Position numbers and translations under genes: made by a program
Shown: positions 41,962 through 52,800 of the stretch, one piece after another
How positions within the stretch are numbered: the stretch's first letter is position 1
Layout: each line of letters begins with the position of its first letter
Notes under the pieces: model-generated
The model's input: only the letters and a program-made list of their open reading frames with translations
Told to the model about the DNA's origin: nothing
The model's database searches: none
Origin: Nitrosopumilus sp.
Lineage (GTDB): Archaea; Thermoproteota; Nitrososphaeria; Nitrososphaerales; Nitrosopumilaceae
NCBI GenBank assembly: GCA_965214775.1
Contig: OZ243974.1
Span: forward strand, 1,600,001-1,664,000
DNA length: 64,000 bases
Direction: 5' to 3'

Positions 41962-42792
41962 TTAACAAGAATTTCTTCTAGCTATTTCGTCAATGATGAT
42001 CCTTAACATTGATCTAAGATCGCTGCCCTCTGAATAATCATTTGAATACATCCCATAATTAGTTCGTCTTCCTCTTGCAAGCTCATATGTTTTCTTTGGT
42101 GTATCCGCCATTATTCCAATACAATGTCCGCCATTACTTCGTACTGCAGAAAAACATGGAATATCACTAGGCCCGTCCCCTATGTAGATCATGTTTCTAA
42201 ACGGTATTCTTCTTTGTTCACTCTTTACTGCATCATTTACTAAATACGGATATTTGCGTAGATTTTCCTTGTCTATTCCTTTGTTGATTGCATAAAGATA
42301 TTTTGTTTTTTCTGTAAATGTGACTGTTGATTGTATTGCGTAATATTTTTCCGTTTTAGGATCTACACTATAATTAGATGCCAAAACATCTTTGAATTGT
42401 TTTGCAAATGAACAGCATTTTACAAGATCTTCTATTCCAGCTGAAATTATGTATCCCTCAACATTGATTCCAGATTTTATACATTCGGAATTATTTGAGA
42501 CATGCCTCTGCAGTTCTTTAATGAACGAGTCTGCTCCTTTGTATGGCTTGATTTTTTTTGCAAGGTCATGCATTTTCTGAGGGGTATTTTGTTTAATTTT
42601 TCCATCATTCATTAACTTTAAAATCTTATGAAGATATGCCTGAGGTGGATCCCAGCCCTTTTGAACAAAATTTCGATCAATGTCATTCCAAAAATCATCT
42701 AGTTTGATTCCATTTTCCTCAAGCAAAAAGTTAGTTGTGTCATGAGCTAAAGTATCATCACAGTCACAAATTATGGCTATCGTGTTATGCAT
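41962..42792 (-). CDS. HAD-like hydrolase
   Basis: ICDCDDTL (DxD), IISAG, KTKYL and YIGDGPSDIP motifs; AT-rich. Confidence 0.88.
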   Translation of the reverse strand: MHNTIAIICDCDDTLAHDTTNFLLEENGIKLDDFWNDIDRNFVQKGWDPPQAYLHKILKLMNDGKIKQNTPQKMHDLAKKIKPYKGADSFIKELQRHVSNNSECIKSGINVEGYIISAGIEDLVKCCSFAKQFKDVLASNYSVDPKTEKYYAIQSTVTFTEKTKYLYAINKGIDKENLRKYPYLVNDAVKSEQRRIPFRNMIYIGDGPSDIPCFSAVRSNGGHCIGIMADTPKKTYELARGRRTNYGMYSNDYSEGSDLRSMLRIIIDEIARRNSC

Positions 42793-43069
42793 ATTGACAA
42801 AAAGAACGCTTGCAATAAAAAATGATCCCATGAAAAATAGGCTTTAGATTTTGCGCAATCTATGTGTTATGCCGAAATTATTTCGCCTAGCGGAATTTAT
42901 GTGTAATTGGATCAAATCAAATCAAAAAAAAGTCAGGTAGTTTTTGCGTCATTTTAGGCAAATGCGCACAAGGTCTATTGTCAGAACTTGTCTGACTGGC
43001 AGATGACTCCGGGCAGAAGATATGCAGGCCCAAAAGAAAGAACGTGGACAAGTCACACTGTTCTGGGAG

Positions 43070-43400
43070 CTGATTCAAAATCAGCAGATTCGGATCATGT
43101 ATAAACAAATTTGTACTATCAAATCGAGTAAAACGCCTGCAAATGACTAGTTATTTGTATATAATCTGCTTGACAAGCGTACAGAAAAATCCGGACGTTG
43201 ATTTACACGGCTTTTAATTTTGAATCATCTCTGTGGGACTTGTTGCCTAGGTGCAGTAAACCGTGCCAACGCTGAACAATTGGCATAAGAAGGCACTTGT
43301 CTAAAGAATAACCCCAGCTAAATCAAAATCAATTCTAACACACTGATGAAAAAATCAAACATTCGAGAAGACAATGTTAAGATTCTAAAACGTGCAAAAA
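43070..43400 (+). pseudogene. Heavily decayed copy of the IS630-like remnant at about 49110
   Basis: About 130 nt similar to 49110-49240 (TCAAAATCAGCA...CGGATCATGT...AAAACGCCTGCA). Confidence 0.5.
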
Positions 43401-43409
43401 TCAAACAGA

Positions 43410-43530
43410 CAGTCTTCCCAGAAGTACGTGATTCATGACTGTGCAGATGGCGGCGGGCGAATCTGTAGTTATCATAATTTGATTTGTTTCAAATCTGGGG
43501 CCGTTTTCTGGGTTACCTCTGGGAAGACTG
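43410..43530. mobile_element. MITE family A, copy 3
   Basis: Same TIR as copies 1 and 2; AACAGA flanking duplication. Confidence 0.8.
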
Positions 43531-43550
43531 AACAGAGAAATAATTCTTAT

Positions 43551-43643
43551 GTATGAGGTCACCTACCCCTGCCAATCAGGCACGAATTGACATCTATGAC
43601 TATGATTTTCACACCTAGTCAACAGGGGGACGTGACCACATAC
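43551..43643. mobile_element. MITE family C, copy 1 (93 bp, 8-bp TSD)
   Basis: GTATGAGGTCAC/GTGACCACATAC TIR; ATTCTTAT on both sides. Confidence 0.8.
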
Positions 43644-43763
43644 ATTCTTATCTGTAAATGAAGAAAATAGATAAATCTCTAATAAAAAGTCTAAAAATAT
43701 GAAACTAGAAGATTGGGATTGCTGGATAAACAAAATGCCCGAAACAGAACATCCTAATGCCAT

Positions 43764-43841
43764 AGGCCTTGTGCGTAATCGGTGTAGATCAAGAAAATCA
43801 GGCAGCGCTTACGTCATTTTTGGCAAATACGCATAAAGTCT
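43764..43841. mobile_element. MITE family D (about 78 bp, ends like the ISL2-like IS)
   Basis: Ends ...ATACGCATAAAGTCT; similar copies at about 42892-42976 and 59346-59424. Confidence 0.65.
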
Positions 43842-43866
43842 CATGTATAAAAAAAGCTAAAAATGC

Positions 43867-43989
43867 GTAACTGGTGAGTTCTGAAGGTCGTTTCTGATGA
43901 TGTATGCATTGATTTCAGGCACAGATTCCATTTGATCGGCATTCGTTGGTGACAAAATTTGTGCCTGATCTTCCAGTCCGACCTGTTAC
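43867..43989 (-). mobile_element. MITE family B, copy 2 (inverted)
   Basis: Reverse complement of 40259-40387. Confidence 0.75.
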
Positions 43990-43998
43990 AGATAATCC

Positions 43999-44280
43999 CT
44001 ATAGTTCTAAACCAAAAGACTCTGCGATACTTGAGAACTTTACATAAGAATCCAAGTACTGCCTTCCTTTTGAAGTGATGACAAAAGTGTTTTTTCCATC
44101 AAACTCGATCTTATTGATAAGGCCTGCACCAGTCAGGTTTTCCAAGAATTTTGATAACCTTGAATGTGAAAGATTGGCTTTTGTCAAAAGTGATGTGGTT
44201 TTGATGCCTTCCTGTCCTGATTGTTCTGTTGCAGTAAGCAAGTCTGCTACAATCCGCACACTTGTACGATAGGAAACCAT
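43999..44280 (-). CDS. Winged-helix transcription regulator
   Basis: YRTS..IVADLL, KANLSHSRL and ITSKGRQYL motifs. Confidence 0.85.
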   Translation of the reverse strand: MVSYRTSVRIVADLLTATEQSGQEGIKTTSLLTKANLSHSRLSKFLENLTGAGLINKIEFDGKNTFVITSKGRQYLDSYVKFSSIAESFGLEL

Positions 44281-44452
44281 GTGTAATGTCATATAAAACC
44301 CCGATATAAGGGTATTACCCCTAACCGCCAGGGTGAAATGTGCCAAAAAATCAAGTAAAAACAGAAAACTAGGCAAGAGGCACGACGCCTCAAATAGCCG
44401 ATGATAACAAGACAGTAGCGATCTTTTGATTCGCATCTCATTAGCGGTAAAG

Positions 44453-44570
44453 CAGATTACCTGGTGTAACTTGACTCACGGCGGTGCAGACTGACGCGCG
44501 GATCTACAGGCAGTCGATCTGAACTGTGTCAAACGTGGAACCGTCTTGTGGGGGACTTTTGGAAAGACTG
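44453..44570. mobile_element. MITE family A, degenerate copy 4
   Basis: Ends in TTGGAAAGACTG; interior resembles copy 2. Confidence 0.55.
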
Positions 44571-44619
44571 CTGTGGCCTAAAATAATTCAGATCAGATAA
44601 ATAAGCTCCTGTCTGATTT

Positions 44620-45222
44620 TTGACCATGTCTTCTTCACAATCATCAATTCCCTGGTTTGATGAATTTATAGGCGTAGCATACCGATATTTTGACCTTAGA
44701 ATGAATGTAGTTCCGTTATTTACTGATCAAAAAGAGTCCCTGAACCTGTGGAGAGATGTGATTCATTGGTGGGTTGACCCATCAATTAAAATCCGCTTTG
44801 TTGAAACAGGCGACGATTATTGGTTCATCATGGGTTCTGATTCGCAAAAACAGGAGACCAATATCTCAATGTACAAACTGTTGCCAAAGTCTGTACATTA
44901 TGAACGATTCAAGAAAGGCCATGGCGGAGAGGCATACCTCAGATTTGGGGTATATACTAAAAAAACCCTGGAAAACTCAAAAAAAGACACCATGTGCGAT
45001 TGCGGTCATGATGCAGCTGACCATGATGAAAACGACGGCGATGCTTGCCTGTACAATACCTGCGATTGCAAGAAATTTTCCAGTTTCCAGGTTAATTTGC
45101 TCAAAAGAAAAAAAACAATTACCGACATTAAATTTCTAGGCGAAGAAAATGTTAAAGACGACGTTCTTGCATGGAATTGTCTGAACGTTAACAAATACCA
45201 TCCCAAAACAGAACAAAGCTAG
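44620..45222 (+). CDS. Hypothetical protein with a Cys/His metal-binding segment
   Basis: CDCGH..H...C...CDCKKF. Confidence 0.75.
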   Translation: MTMSSSQSSIPWFDEFIGVAYRYFDLRMNVVPLFTDQKESLNLWRDVIHWWVDPSIKIRFVETGDDYWFIMGSDSQKQETNISMYKLLPKSVHYERFKKGHGGEAYLRFGVYTKKTLENSKKDTMCDCGHDAADHDENDGDACLYNTCDCKKFSSFQVNLLKRKKTITDIKFLGEENVKDDVLAWNCLNVNKYHPKTEQS

Positions 45223-45422
45223 CCAAGATCTTTGTTTATTCTAACGTGCTCTCCGGGATAATACTCGTAAAGCTGCTTGGAATAACAGTCCCCGCACAAG
45301 ACTCCTTGAATATTCCATTCCTTCATTGGATTGAATCTCCTCTCGATTTTTTCACCGCAAATCGCACATTTGTAACTTGAACCCAAAGCGACTTTGCTTT
45401 TTTTACTGGATATAAAAAACAT
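45219..45422 (-). CDS. Small zinc-finger protein
   Basis: CAIC...CGDC. Confidence 0.7.
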   Translation of the reverse strand: MFFISSKKSKVALGSSYKCAICGEKIERRFNPMKEWNIQGVLCGDCYSKQLYEYYPGEHVRINKDLG

Positions 45423-45546
45423 TCTGGAAAAAACATTCCTGCAAAAATCATGTTAAATAATACCTGCTTTTACAGAGTTTGGGTAGAGCAGTCTGGCCAG
45501 TGTAAACCTCCTGCAAGATTTTTACTTGGTTGGACTTCTGCCTATC

Positions 45547-47298
45547 TTACAACAAATTGCTAGTCAGCTTTCGTAGTGCCAGCATCTCGTCTTCTTCCTG
45601 CCTGATTTTCTTATCAATTACACGAAGCATTGTATCATTCCATACATGCTGTGAGAAGAAGTTGTGTTTTGTATTTGCCAACTCTATCTCGTCATCAACA
45701 ACCGTGTCTTCAAGAAACTTGGTTACGATGACATCCGTCAATCTTAGAATTCTGGAATTGAGTTTTAAGCTACGAAAAATCGGCTCTAGTCTTCTAATGT
45801 CTACCTTGAAATCCCCCTTTGACTCTAGAATTTTTTTGTACAGTATTCTGAAATAGACTGCCACAAAAAACAGCGTTGCATACCTCTTGGTTTTATGCCC
45901 TCCCTGCTTTCCGTACTTTAACGATTTTTTTGCGTATTCTTTTACAAGATACGGATACAGCAAAATCCTGTAATCATCTTTTAGGTTGTCATTGAAGATA
46001 TCATCATACTTGCTTCCACGTGGCAAAAACTGTGACGGCGAACTATATGCCTCTGTAGGCCTCTGCTCAATCCCGGCAACTAGCGACTGAATTGCATCTT
46101 TTGCAACAATTACTTTTTTGTGATTGTCAGGAAGATACGCGTTGTATGTTGAATCGCCCTCGTACTCGCATTGCCTGGACTTGGTTTTTGTATCAAACGA
46201 ACCTGCCTGGATTTCATAAAAGTAGCCGCAGTTTCTCAGTTGGGATTTTATTGACTTGTGAAAATCCATCAGTGAAACCAGGTCTTTTCCTCTTACAGAG
46301 TTTTGAGAATTTCTGTATTTTGTAATGTTGTTTTGCTCTTGCTCATCGTCGGCCTTGATGATTGTTACTGTCATTGAGCCATCCATGTTTTTGGTCCGCT
46401 TGGAATGGTCTAAAATTGAGTTTGATGTCTGTGCGCCGTTTACAATTTGAGGGGCATGCAATTTGATAAAGTTATCGCCCAACTCTTCAAAATCGCTAAC
46501 AACAATGGTGATGCCATTGTTATAATAGAAAAATTTTTCCGGATTGCTTTGCAAGGTTTCTCTTAATCCCTTGTTGACGGTGGTTTTGAACTGCATCCAC
46601 TGCCTGATGTTTGATTCAAAAACATAATCCCTGTTTTTACTCACAAACTCCGTAAGCTCCCTGAGTTTTAAGATTCCCAAAATGGTGTTTTCGTGTCTTA
46701 GCATTCGCTCTAACTTGATTGACGATTTTTTTCCTGCCGCAGGTTTTTTTATTCTGTCCCATAACCTCTGAATGATTCTCTCTCCGTCAATTATCTCGAC
46801 TAGGCTGTCTTCATACTCTACCTTTTGATCAGTAACATAGCAGCACTTGATCTTCAGATTTTTTTCCTTGATCTTTGTAACTAGCTGCGCTAGTTCCGGT
46901 CTCATCTTTGTAACATCTCTTGATAACAGGCGTTTTACATCTTCCTTGAATTTTGCAATTGCTTCAAGGCAATGTGATGTGCCGTATTTTGACTGGAACA
47001 ATCTGATTGTGTCGTCTGAAAAATCTACGGGAAGGTACGCATCAATTCCCAGATCGTTGGCACCATCTACAATTGCATCTGCTGCATCGTCCTCAGTTGC
47101 TTCAAAAACCCTGGTTAGCACCCAGTGCAAAAAATTATTTCCTTTCTCAACCTCGTTTTTGGCACTTTTGGCATAATCTTTGATGCTTTCTTGGATGTTT
47201 TCTGAAAATCCCTCTAGCGGAGGAGACGTGTTTTTCTGAATTAATAGTGAGTGAGAGCCCGGTATGTATTCTAGTAATCCGTTTCCGTTTTGAGACAA
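45547..47298 (-). CDS. AIPR family protein
   Basis: DGANDLGIDA, QSKY, FESNIR, FFYYNNGITI, QIVNGAQT and NSQN motifs. Confidence 0.9.
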   Translation of the reverse strand: MSQNGNGLLEYIPGSHSLLIQKNTSPPLEGFSENIQESIKDYAKSAKNEVEKGNNFLHWVLTRVFEATEDDAADAIVDGANDLGIDAYLPVDFSDDTIRLFQSKYGTSHCLEAIAKFKEDVKRLLSRDVTKMRPELAQLVTKIKEKNLKIKCCYVTDQKVEYEDSLVEIIDGERIIQRLWDRIKKPAAGKKSSIKLERMLRHENTILGILKLRELTEFVSKNRDYVFESNIRQWMQFKTTVNKGLRETLQSNPEKFFYYNNGITIVVSDFEELGDNFIKLHAPQIVNGAQTSNSILDHSKRTKNMDGSMTVTIIKADDEQEQNNITKYRNSQNSVRGKDLVSLMDFHKSIKSQLRNCGYFYEIQAGSFDTKTKSRQCEYEGDSTYNAYLPDNHKKVIVAKDAIQSLVAGIEQRPTEAYSSPSQFLPRGSKYDDIFNDNLKDDYRILLYPYLVKEYAKKSLKYGKQGGHKTKRYATLFFVAVYFRILYKKILESKGDFKVDIRRLEPIFRSLKLNSRILRLTDVIVTKFLEDTVVDDEIELANTKHNFFSQHVWNDTMLRVIDKKIRQEEDEMLALRKLTSNLL

Positions 47299-47372
47299 CT
47301 TACTCCTCTAATATGCTATATATTTAGAGAGTTTGGTAATTATGTAATAACTCAACCAGGTATGAAAAAAAT

Positions 47373-47798
47373 ATGCTGAAAAAAGTATCCATTGTGGGAG
47401 GAGGAGTGGCACTGATTACAATTTCAACAGTCATGATTGCCGCAGCTGCCCTGGGAAGTTATTCTGTTGATGAGTCCGTCAAAGAGACGGAGCCTGTTGT
47501 AAATGCAGATGTGATAATGCCCACAAAAGTTTCAAGGCCTGGGTGTGAGAAAGCCGATAGATGTTATGTTCCGTCTGAGATGACTGTTGAAAAAGGCAGA
47601 GCTGTTACGTGGCTAAACGAGGATTCTGCATTTCACAGCGTGACATCTGGTCTGTATGACGCTCCCACTGAACTGTTTGATAGTGGACATCTTGGCCCGT
47701 CTGAGTCATTTTCGTACACGTTTGCCGAGTCTGGAGTTTATGACTATTATTGTACCTTGCATCCGTGGATGGAGGCACAGGTGATGGTAGTTGAGTAA
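47373..47798 (+). CDS. Blue copper (plastocyanin/cupredoxin) protein
   Basis: HSVTSG...YYCTLHPWM. Confidence 0.93.
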   Translation: MLKKVSIVGGGVALITISTVMIAAAALGSYSVDESVKETEPVVNADVIMPTKVSRPGCEKADRCYVPSEMTVEKGRAVTWLNEDSAFHSVTSGLYDAPTELFDSGHLGPSESFSYTFAESGVYDYYCTLHPWMEAQVMVVE

Positions 47799-47801
47799 GC
47801 A

Positions 47802-47873
47802 AGGTGCCCGAGGGAGTCGAACCCCCTTGTATAGGCTTTGCAGGCCCACGCATAACCGTTCTGCCAGAACACC
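47802..47873 (-). tRNA. tRNA-Cys(GCA)
   Basis: Cloverleaf; anticodon loop CT-GCA-AA; U73. Confidence 0.93.
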
Positions 47874-47912
47874 GTTTTGAAAAAAACAAGGTGAACAATT
47901 AAACCCTTTAGA

Positions 47913-48134
47913 TTAGAACTTGCTGAACGATTTTGAGGCCAATTTGACGTCTTCTCCCTTGACAGTCTTTCTGCCTGCATGAGATGACAAGTCAACGGCA
48001 TTTTTTGCAATACTGTCTGCAACCTCTTCGATCACCCTTCTTAGTTCGTCAGCAGATTCGTCACTGACTCTTTGGGCCCCGGCTTTTTTCAAAATTCTAT
48101 ACATTGCTGAAAGTCCCAGTTCTGATGATTTCAT
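47913..48134 (-). CDS. Archaeal histone
   Basis: RILKKAGAQRVS...HAGRKTVKGEDVKLA. Confidence 0.93.
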   Translation of the reverse strand: MKSSELGLSAMYRILKKAGAQRVSDESADELRRVIEEVADSIAKNAVDLSSHAGRKTVKGEDVKLASKSFSKF

Positions 48135-48229
48135 AAAATTTCATCTGTTTTTTTTCGGAAAAACATAAAGAGTGAAAAAATATCACCAAGGAATCGATTT
48201 ATACAGACAATTTGCACAATTAACAAGAC

Positions 48230-48991
48230 ATGACATGGTATTTTGATTCTCATATTCATCTGTCTGACCCCCAATATGCCCCGGAAATCGGTCATATCTT
48301 AAAACAAATGGAGATTCTAAAAATAAAGGCATGCTGTGTTTCGATGGACAATGAGACATCACTGGCCACGTTGAATTTGGCAAAAACAAACAACAACCAT
48401 GTCATGCCATTTGTTGGAATCCATCCTGAACGTGCTGATGACTGCCTTGAGTCAATGGTGGGTCTGATTGAAGAAAACCATGAAACTATTGCCGGGATAG
48501 GCGAAATAGGATTGGATCCCAATTATGTTGCAAACGGTGATGATGATTTTTCCAGACAAACCAAAGTCTTTGAAACATTACTGAGGCTTTCTGAAAAATA
48601 CAAAAAGCCCGTATCAATTCATTCTAGAAAAAGCCTGGAGAAGATATTTGAAATCATGACCTCCTATGATGTCTCGCATGCGTTATTGCATTGGTTTGAT
48701 GGAAGCAAAAAGGATCTCTCTACGGCAATGGACATGGGATTCTATGTATCTTATGGCCCTGTAATGATTTATGCAAATGACAAGCAGACACTGCTCTCAA
48801 AGACTGACTCGTCAAAAATTCTGGTAGAAACTGATGGGCCAGTCAGATTTTCCAGATGTTTTGAAATGAAATCTGGCCAAATCAGCTTTATTCCAAGCGT
48901 CATTTTTTGTGCTGCTGAAATTCTTGGAAAATCCTTTGATGAAATGAGCTCCATTCTGGAAAAGAACTCTAGATCGTACCTGGGAATATAG
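48230..48991 (+). CDS. TatD-family hydrolase
   Basis: DSHIH, GIHPE, GEIGLD, IHSR, HWF and ETDGP motifs. Confidence 0.93.
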   Translation: MTWYFDSHIHLSDPQYAPEIGHILKQMEILKIKACCVSMDNETSLATLNLAKTNNNHVMPFVGIHPERADDCLESMVGLIEENHETIAGIGEIGLDPNYVANGDDDFSRQTKVFETLLRLSEKYKKPVSIHSRKSLEKIFEIMTSYDVSHALLHWFDGSKKDLSTAMDMGFYVSYGPVMIYANDKQTLLSKTDSSKILVETDGPVRFSRCFEMKSGQISFIPSVIFCAAEILGKSFDEMSSILEKNSRSYLGI

Positions 48992-49109
48992 AGACACAAG
49001 TCAAAAGCCAGTGCGCACAGTTGAAATCTGGACATTTTTTATCAAAATAGGCACGATATGTCAAAATTACGATCCGTTTTTTTGATGTGCGCACTATATG
49101 AGAGTTGAC

Positions 49110-49560
49110 TCAAAATCAGCAAAATTCGGATCATGTGTAAACAGACCTGGCATCAAATCGATTAAAACGCCTGCAGATGACAACCTGTCTGCATGTAAGA
49201 TTATCTGAGAAGCGTACGGAAAAACCCGGGCACTTGCAGTTTCTTATTTTGGATAATCTCTCATGGTGCACCATGTTCGGAAAAATTCAGGATATTTGTG
49301 GACAATGTGTCATACCGCCACAAGTCAAGGAAGAAGGCAAGAGGCACCAGAGGAATTTGACGGTAACATAATGCCTGCTGGAATGCCTGCTGCCCTACAC
49401 GCCGGGGCTGAACCCAATTGAGATAAAGTGGAGGCAGATAAGACGCGCGTTTTCTGCAAGAAGGTCTTTGATACGCTTGAGGATCTGGAGCAGTCCGTAC
49501 GAAGACTTTGATAAAAAGACGATTGTACCCGTGAGAACATTCCAGTATTTGATGTGCTAA
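49110..49560 (+). pseudogene. IS630-family transposase remnant
   Basis: Fragments FLILDNLS and LLPYTPGLNPIE in broken frames. Confidence 0.65.
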
Positions 49561-49568
49561 CTACAGAC

Positions 49569-49708
49569 TAGTTTGTTGCATAACTTCTTTTTTCGTCAAA
49601 AAACTCCTGATTTCGATCACAGATAGATCCGAACTCAACTGTGGTTTTTATCTGGATTTGTCGTTTAGGACGAATTCGAGTAAAAAAATCGAGTTATGCA
49701 ACAAACTA
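49569..49708. mobile_element. MITE family E (uses the TIRs of the IS5 at 31295), copy 1
   Basis: TAGTTTGTTGCATAAC...GTTATGCAACAAACTA. Confidence 0.85.
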
Positions 49709-49889
49709 TGCCTTTGTACACACTTAATAACCACGCATAATTTAGCCATAATATTAGAATGAGTGTCTTACATGCTGTCGTGGTGCAGGACATCCCTGCC
49801 AAAGTTCCCCTGATCGCTTGGGGGGGGGGTGACCTGCCGTAGCTCTGACACAAAGCCCGTCCCGCAGGGCTCCTGTAGGTGCTGCCTCC

Positions 49890-52800
49890 ATGTACTTGGT
49901 GTTAATTGCGGTCGTCTTAGGTCTTGCCGCCGCAGGCATGCAGGATGCATATGCACAACAGTTCCCGATCGAGATAACCGCCACCGGGATGCTGTCTGAT
50001 AGTCAATCTAGGGAGCTTGATGGCGCCAGAAGCGTGGATGTCTTCACGATAGGCAGCAACACCTATGCTGTAGTAGCATCCTTCCGTGACGACGGCATCC
50101 AGATTGTAAACGTCAACGATCCTACCAGTCCAGAGGCCGTAGGGAGGCTGGAAGAGAGGGGTTCTAGGGAGCTTGATGGCGCCTATGATGTGGCCGTCTT
50201 CATGATAGGCAGCAACACCTACGCCGCAGTGGTCTCCTTGGACGACGATGGCCTCCAGATTGTGGATGTCTCCAATCCTGCCCGTCCCACAGCTGCCGGG
50301 CATCTTGCAGACACCGAGGGTTCCGATGAACTGTTTCTTGACAACGCCAGAAGCGTGGATGTCTTCACGATAGGCAGCAACACCTACGCCGCAGTCGTCT
50401 CCAGCGTAGACGACGGCCTCCAGATTGTGGATGTCTCCAATCCTTCCAACCCGACTGGTGTCGGGAGGCTGGCGGACAGCGGCTCAATACTGCTTGATGC
50501 CCCCTACGGCATAGACGTCTTCACGATAGGCAGCAACACCTACGCCGCAGTAACATCTTTTGGCGACGCCGGCCTCCAGCTAGTCGACATCAGCGATCCG
50601 GTCAACCCGCGCTCGGCCGGGAAGGTGGAGGACAACTCCAACCTACTGCTTGCAAACGCCCACGAGGTGGCCGTCTTCACGATAGACAACAGGATATACG
50701 CTGCAGTGACCTCAGAGAGCGAAAACGGCCTCCAGCTTGTGGATGTCACCGACCCCGCCAGTCCCACCCCGGTAGCAAATTTGGGAGATGATAGTTCCAC
50801 GTTGCTTAGGGGCGCCTACGGCGTGGACATCTTCACGATAGGCGACAACACCTACGCCGCAGTAGCCTCTAACGACGAGAAAGGCCTCCAGCTTGTGGAT
50901 GTCACCGACCCCGCCAATCCCACCCCGGTAGCAAATTTGGGAGATGGGGGTTCCAAGAAGCTTACCCAGGCCAGAGGCGTGGACATCTTCACGATAGGCG
51001 GCAACACCTACGCCGCAGTCGCATCCTTTGGCGAAAACGGCCTCCAGCTGGCGGAGATCCGCCAGATCCCGGCCAGCCCGGACAATCTGATTCCATACGG
51101 AAGCCTGCCCGACGGCACCAGTCTGCTGCTTGAGAAATCCCGCAGCGTGGACACCTTTGAGATAGGCGGCTCCACGTATGCGATAGCAGTCTCCAGCAGC
51201 GAGAGCGGCACTCAGATCGTGGATGTCACCAACCCTGCCGCCCCGACGGCCACCGGGAACCTGGCAGACAACACCACCCGGCTGCTTGAGGGCGCCCGCG
51301 GCGTGAAAGTCTTCACGGCAGGCAGCAACACCTACGCCGTCGTCACAGCCCATGGCGACGACGGAGTCGAGGTAATCGACGTCACCAGCCCGGCCAGCCC
51401 GGCCTCGGTGGGGCGTCTGGCAGACGACGGCTCCCGCCTGCTTGACGGGGCAACCGCCGTGACCACCTTTGGGATCGGCACGGACATCTACGCCGCAGTC
51501 ACCTCCCAGCACGACGGCGGCCTTCAGATCATAGACATAACCAATCCTGCCAGTCCAGCAGAGGCCGGGAATCTGGCAGACAACACCACCCGGCTGCTTG
51601 GCGATACCAGCGCAGTGGACACCTTTGAGATAGGCGGCTCCACGTATGCAGTCGTGGCCTCCTGGGCCGACGACGGACTCCAGATTGTAGATGTCACCGA
51701 TCCCGACAACCCGGCGGCGGCCGGCATGCTTGCAGACGACAACGACCTGCTGCTTCGTGGAATCCGTGACATGGCCGTCTTTGAGACGGGCGGCTCCACC
51801 TACGCCGCAGTGGCCTCCTGGGCCGACGACGGCCTCCAGATTGTCGATATAACCGATCCCGACAACCCGGCGGCGGCAGGAAAACTGGCAGACGACAACG
51901 ACCTGCTGCTTGACGGGGCCAGCGGCGTGGAGATATTCCGGACGGACATGAAAGTCTACGCGGCAGTGGCATCCCAGACCGACGACGGCCTCCAGATTGT
52001 CGATATAACCGATCCCGACAATCCCTTGGGGGCCGGACTCGTGGGGGACGGCCCGCTGTACTCGCTTGACGCGGCACGGGATCTGGCCGTGTTTATGATA
52101 GGTAGCAACACGTACACCGTGGTGGCCTCCGACACGGAGGGCCTCCAGACGGTAAAACTTACCGAGGCCCACAACAACGCCCCAGTCTTGGGAACAATAG
52201 GCGACCAGACCGCAGCGCCCGATATACAGCTGGTTATAACGCCCACGGTAACCGATGCGGATTCAACTGATACGCACACGTACTTGATATCGCGTGGCAC
52301 GCTGCCCGCAGCTGCCGTATTTGATACCGCGGACGGCAGCATCGTCTGGACGCCGGTTCAGGGCGATGTCGGACAGACCCACACGGTCACCATAACCGTT
52401 GATGACGGCCGCGGCGGCACCGACTCGGAGACATTTGACATAGTCGTGGGCGAGCTGGTTGCCGTCGGCAGTCTGGGAGATGATACCAATCTGCTGCTTG
52501 GCGGCGCCCACGACGTGGACACGTTCACGATCGGACAGAACACCTATGCGGTAGTGGTCGCCGAAACAGACGACGGCATCCAAATTGTAGATGTCACCAA
52601 CCCTGCCAGCCCGGTAGCTGTCGGGCATCTGAGCGACGACACCAACATACTGCTTGATGGCCCCCGCGGCGTGGATATATCCGTGATAGGTGGCAACACC
52701 TACGCTATAGTTGCGACCTACTTTGAGAGCGCCCTCCAGATCGTGAACGTTACCGATCCTACTGATCCTGTAGCTGCAGGTAGTCTGAAAGATACTAACA

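Noticed and set aside
49820-49829. G10 tract upstream of the giant surface protein as a translational phase-variation switch
   Set aside because: A TGA in the giant ORF's frame follows the tract immediately (49830-49832), so length changes cannot fuse the upstream ATG. Only a transcriptional effect remains possible.
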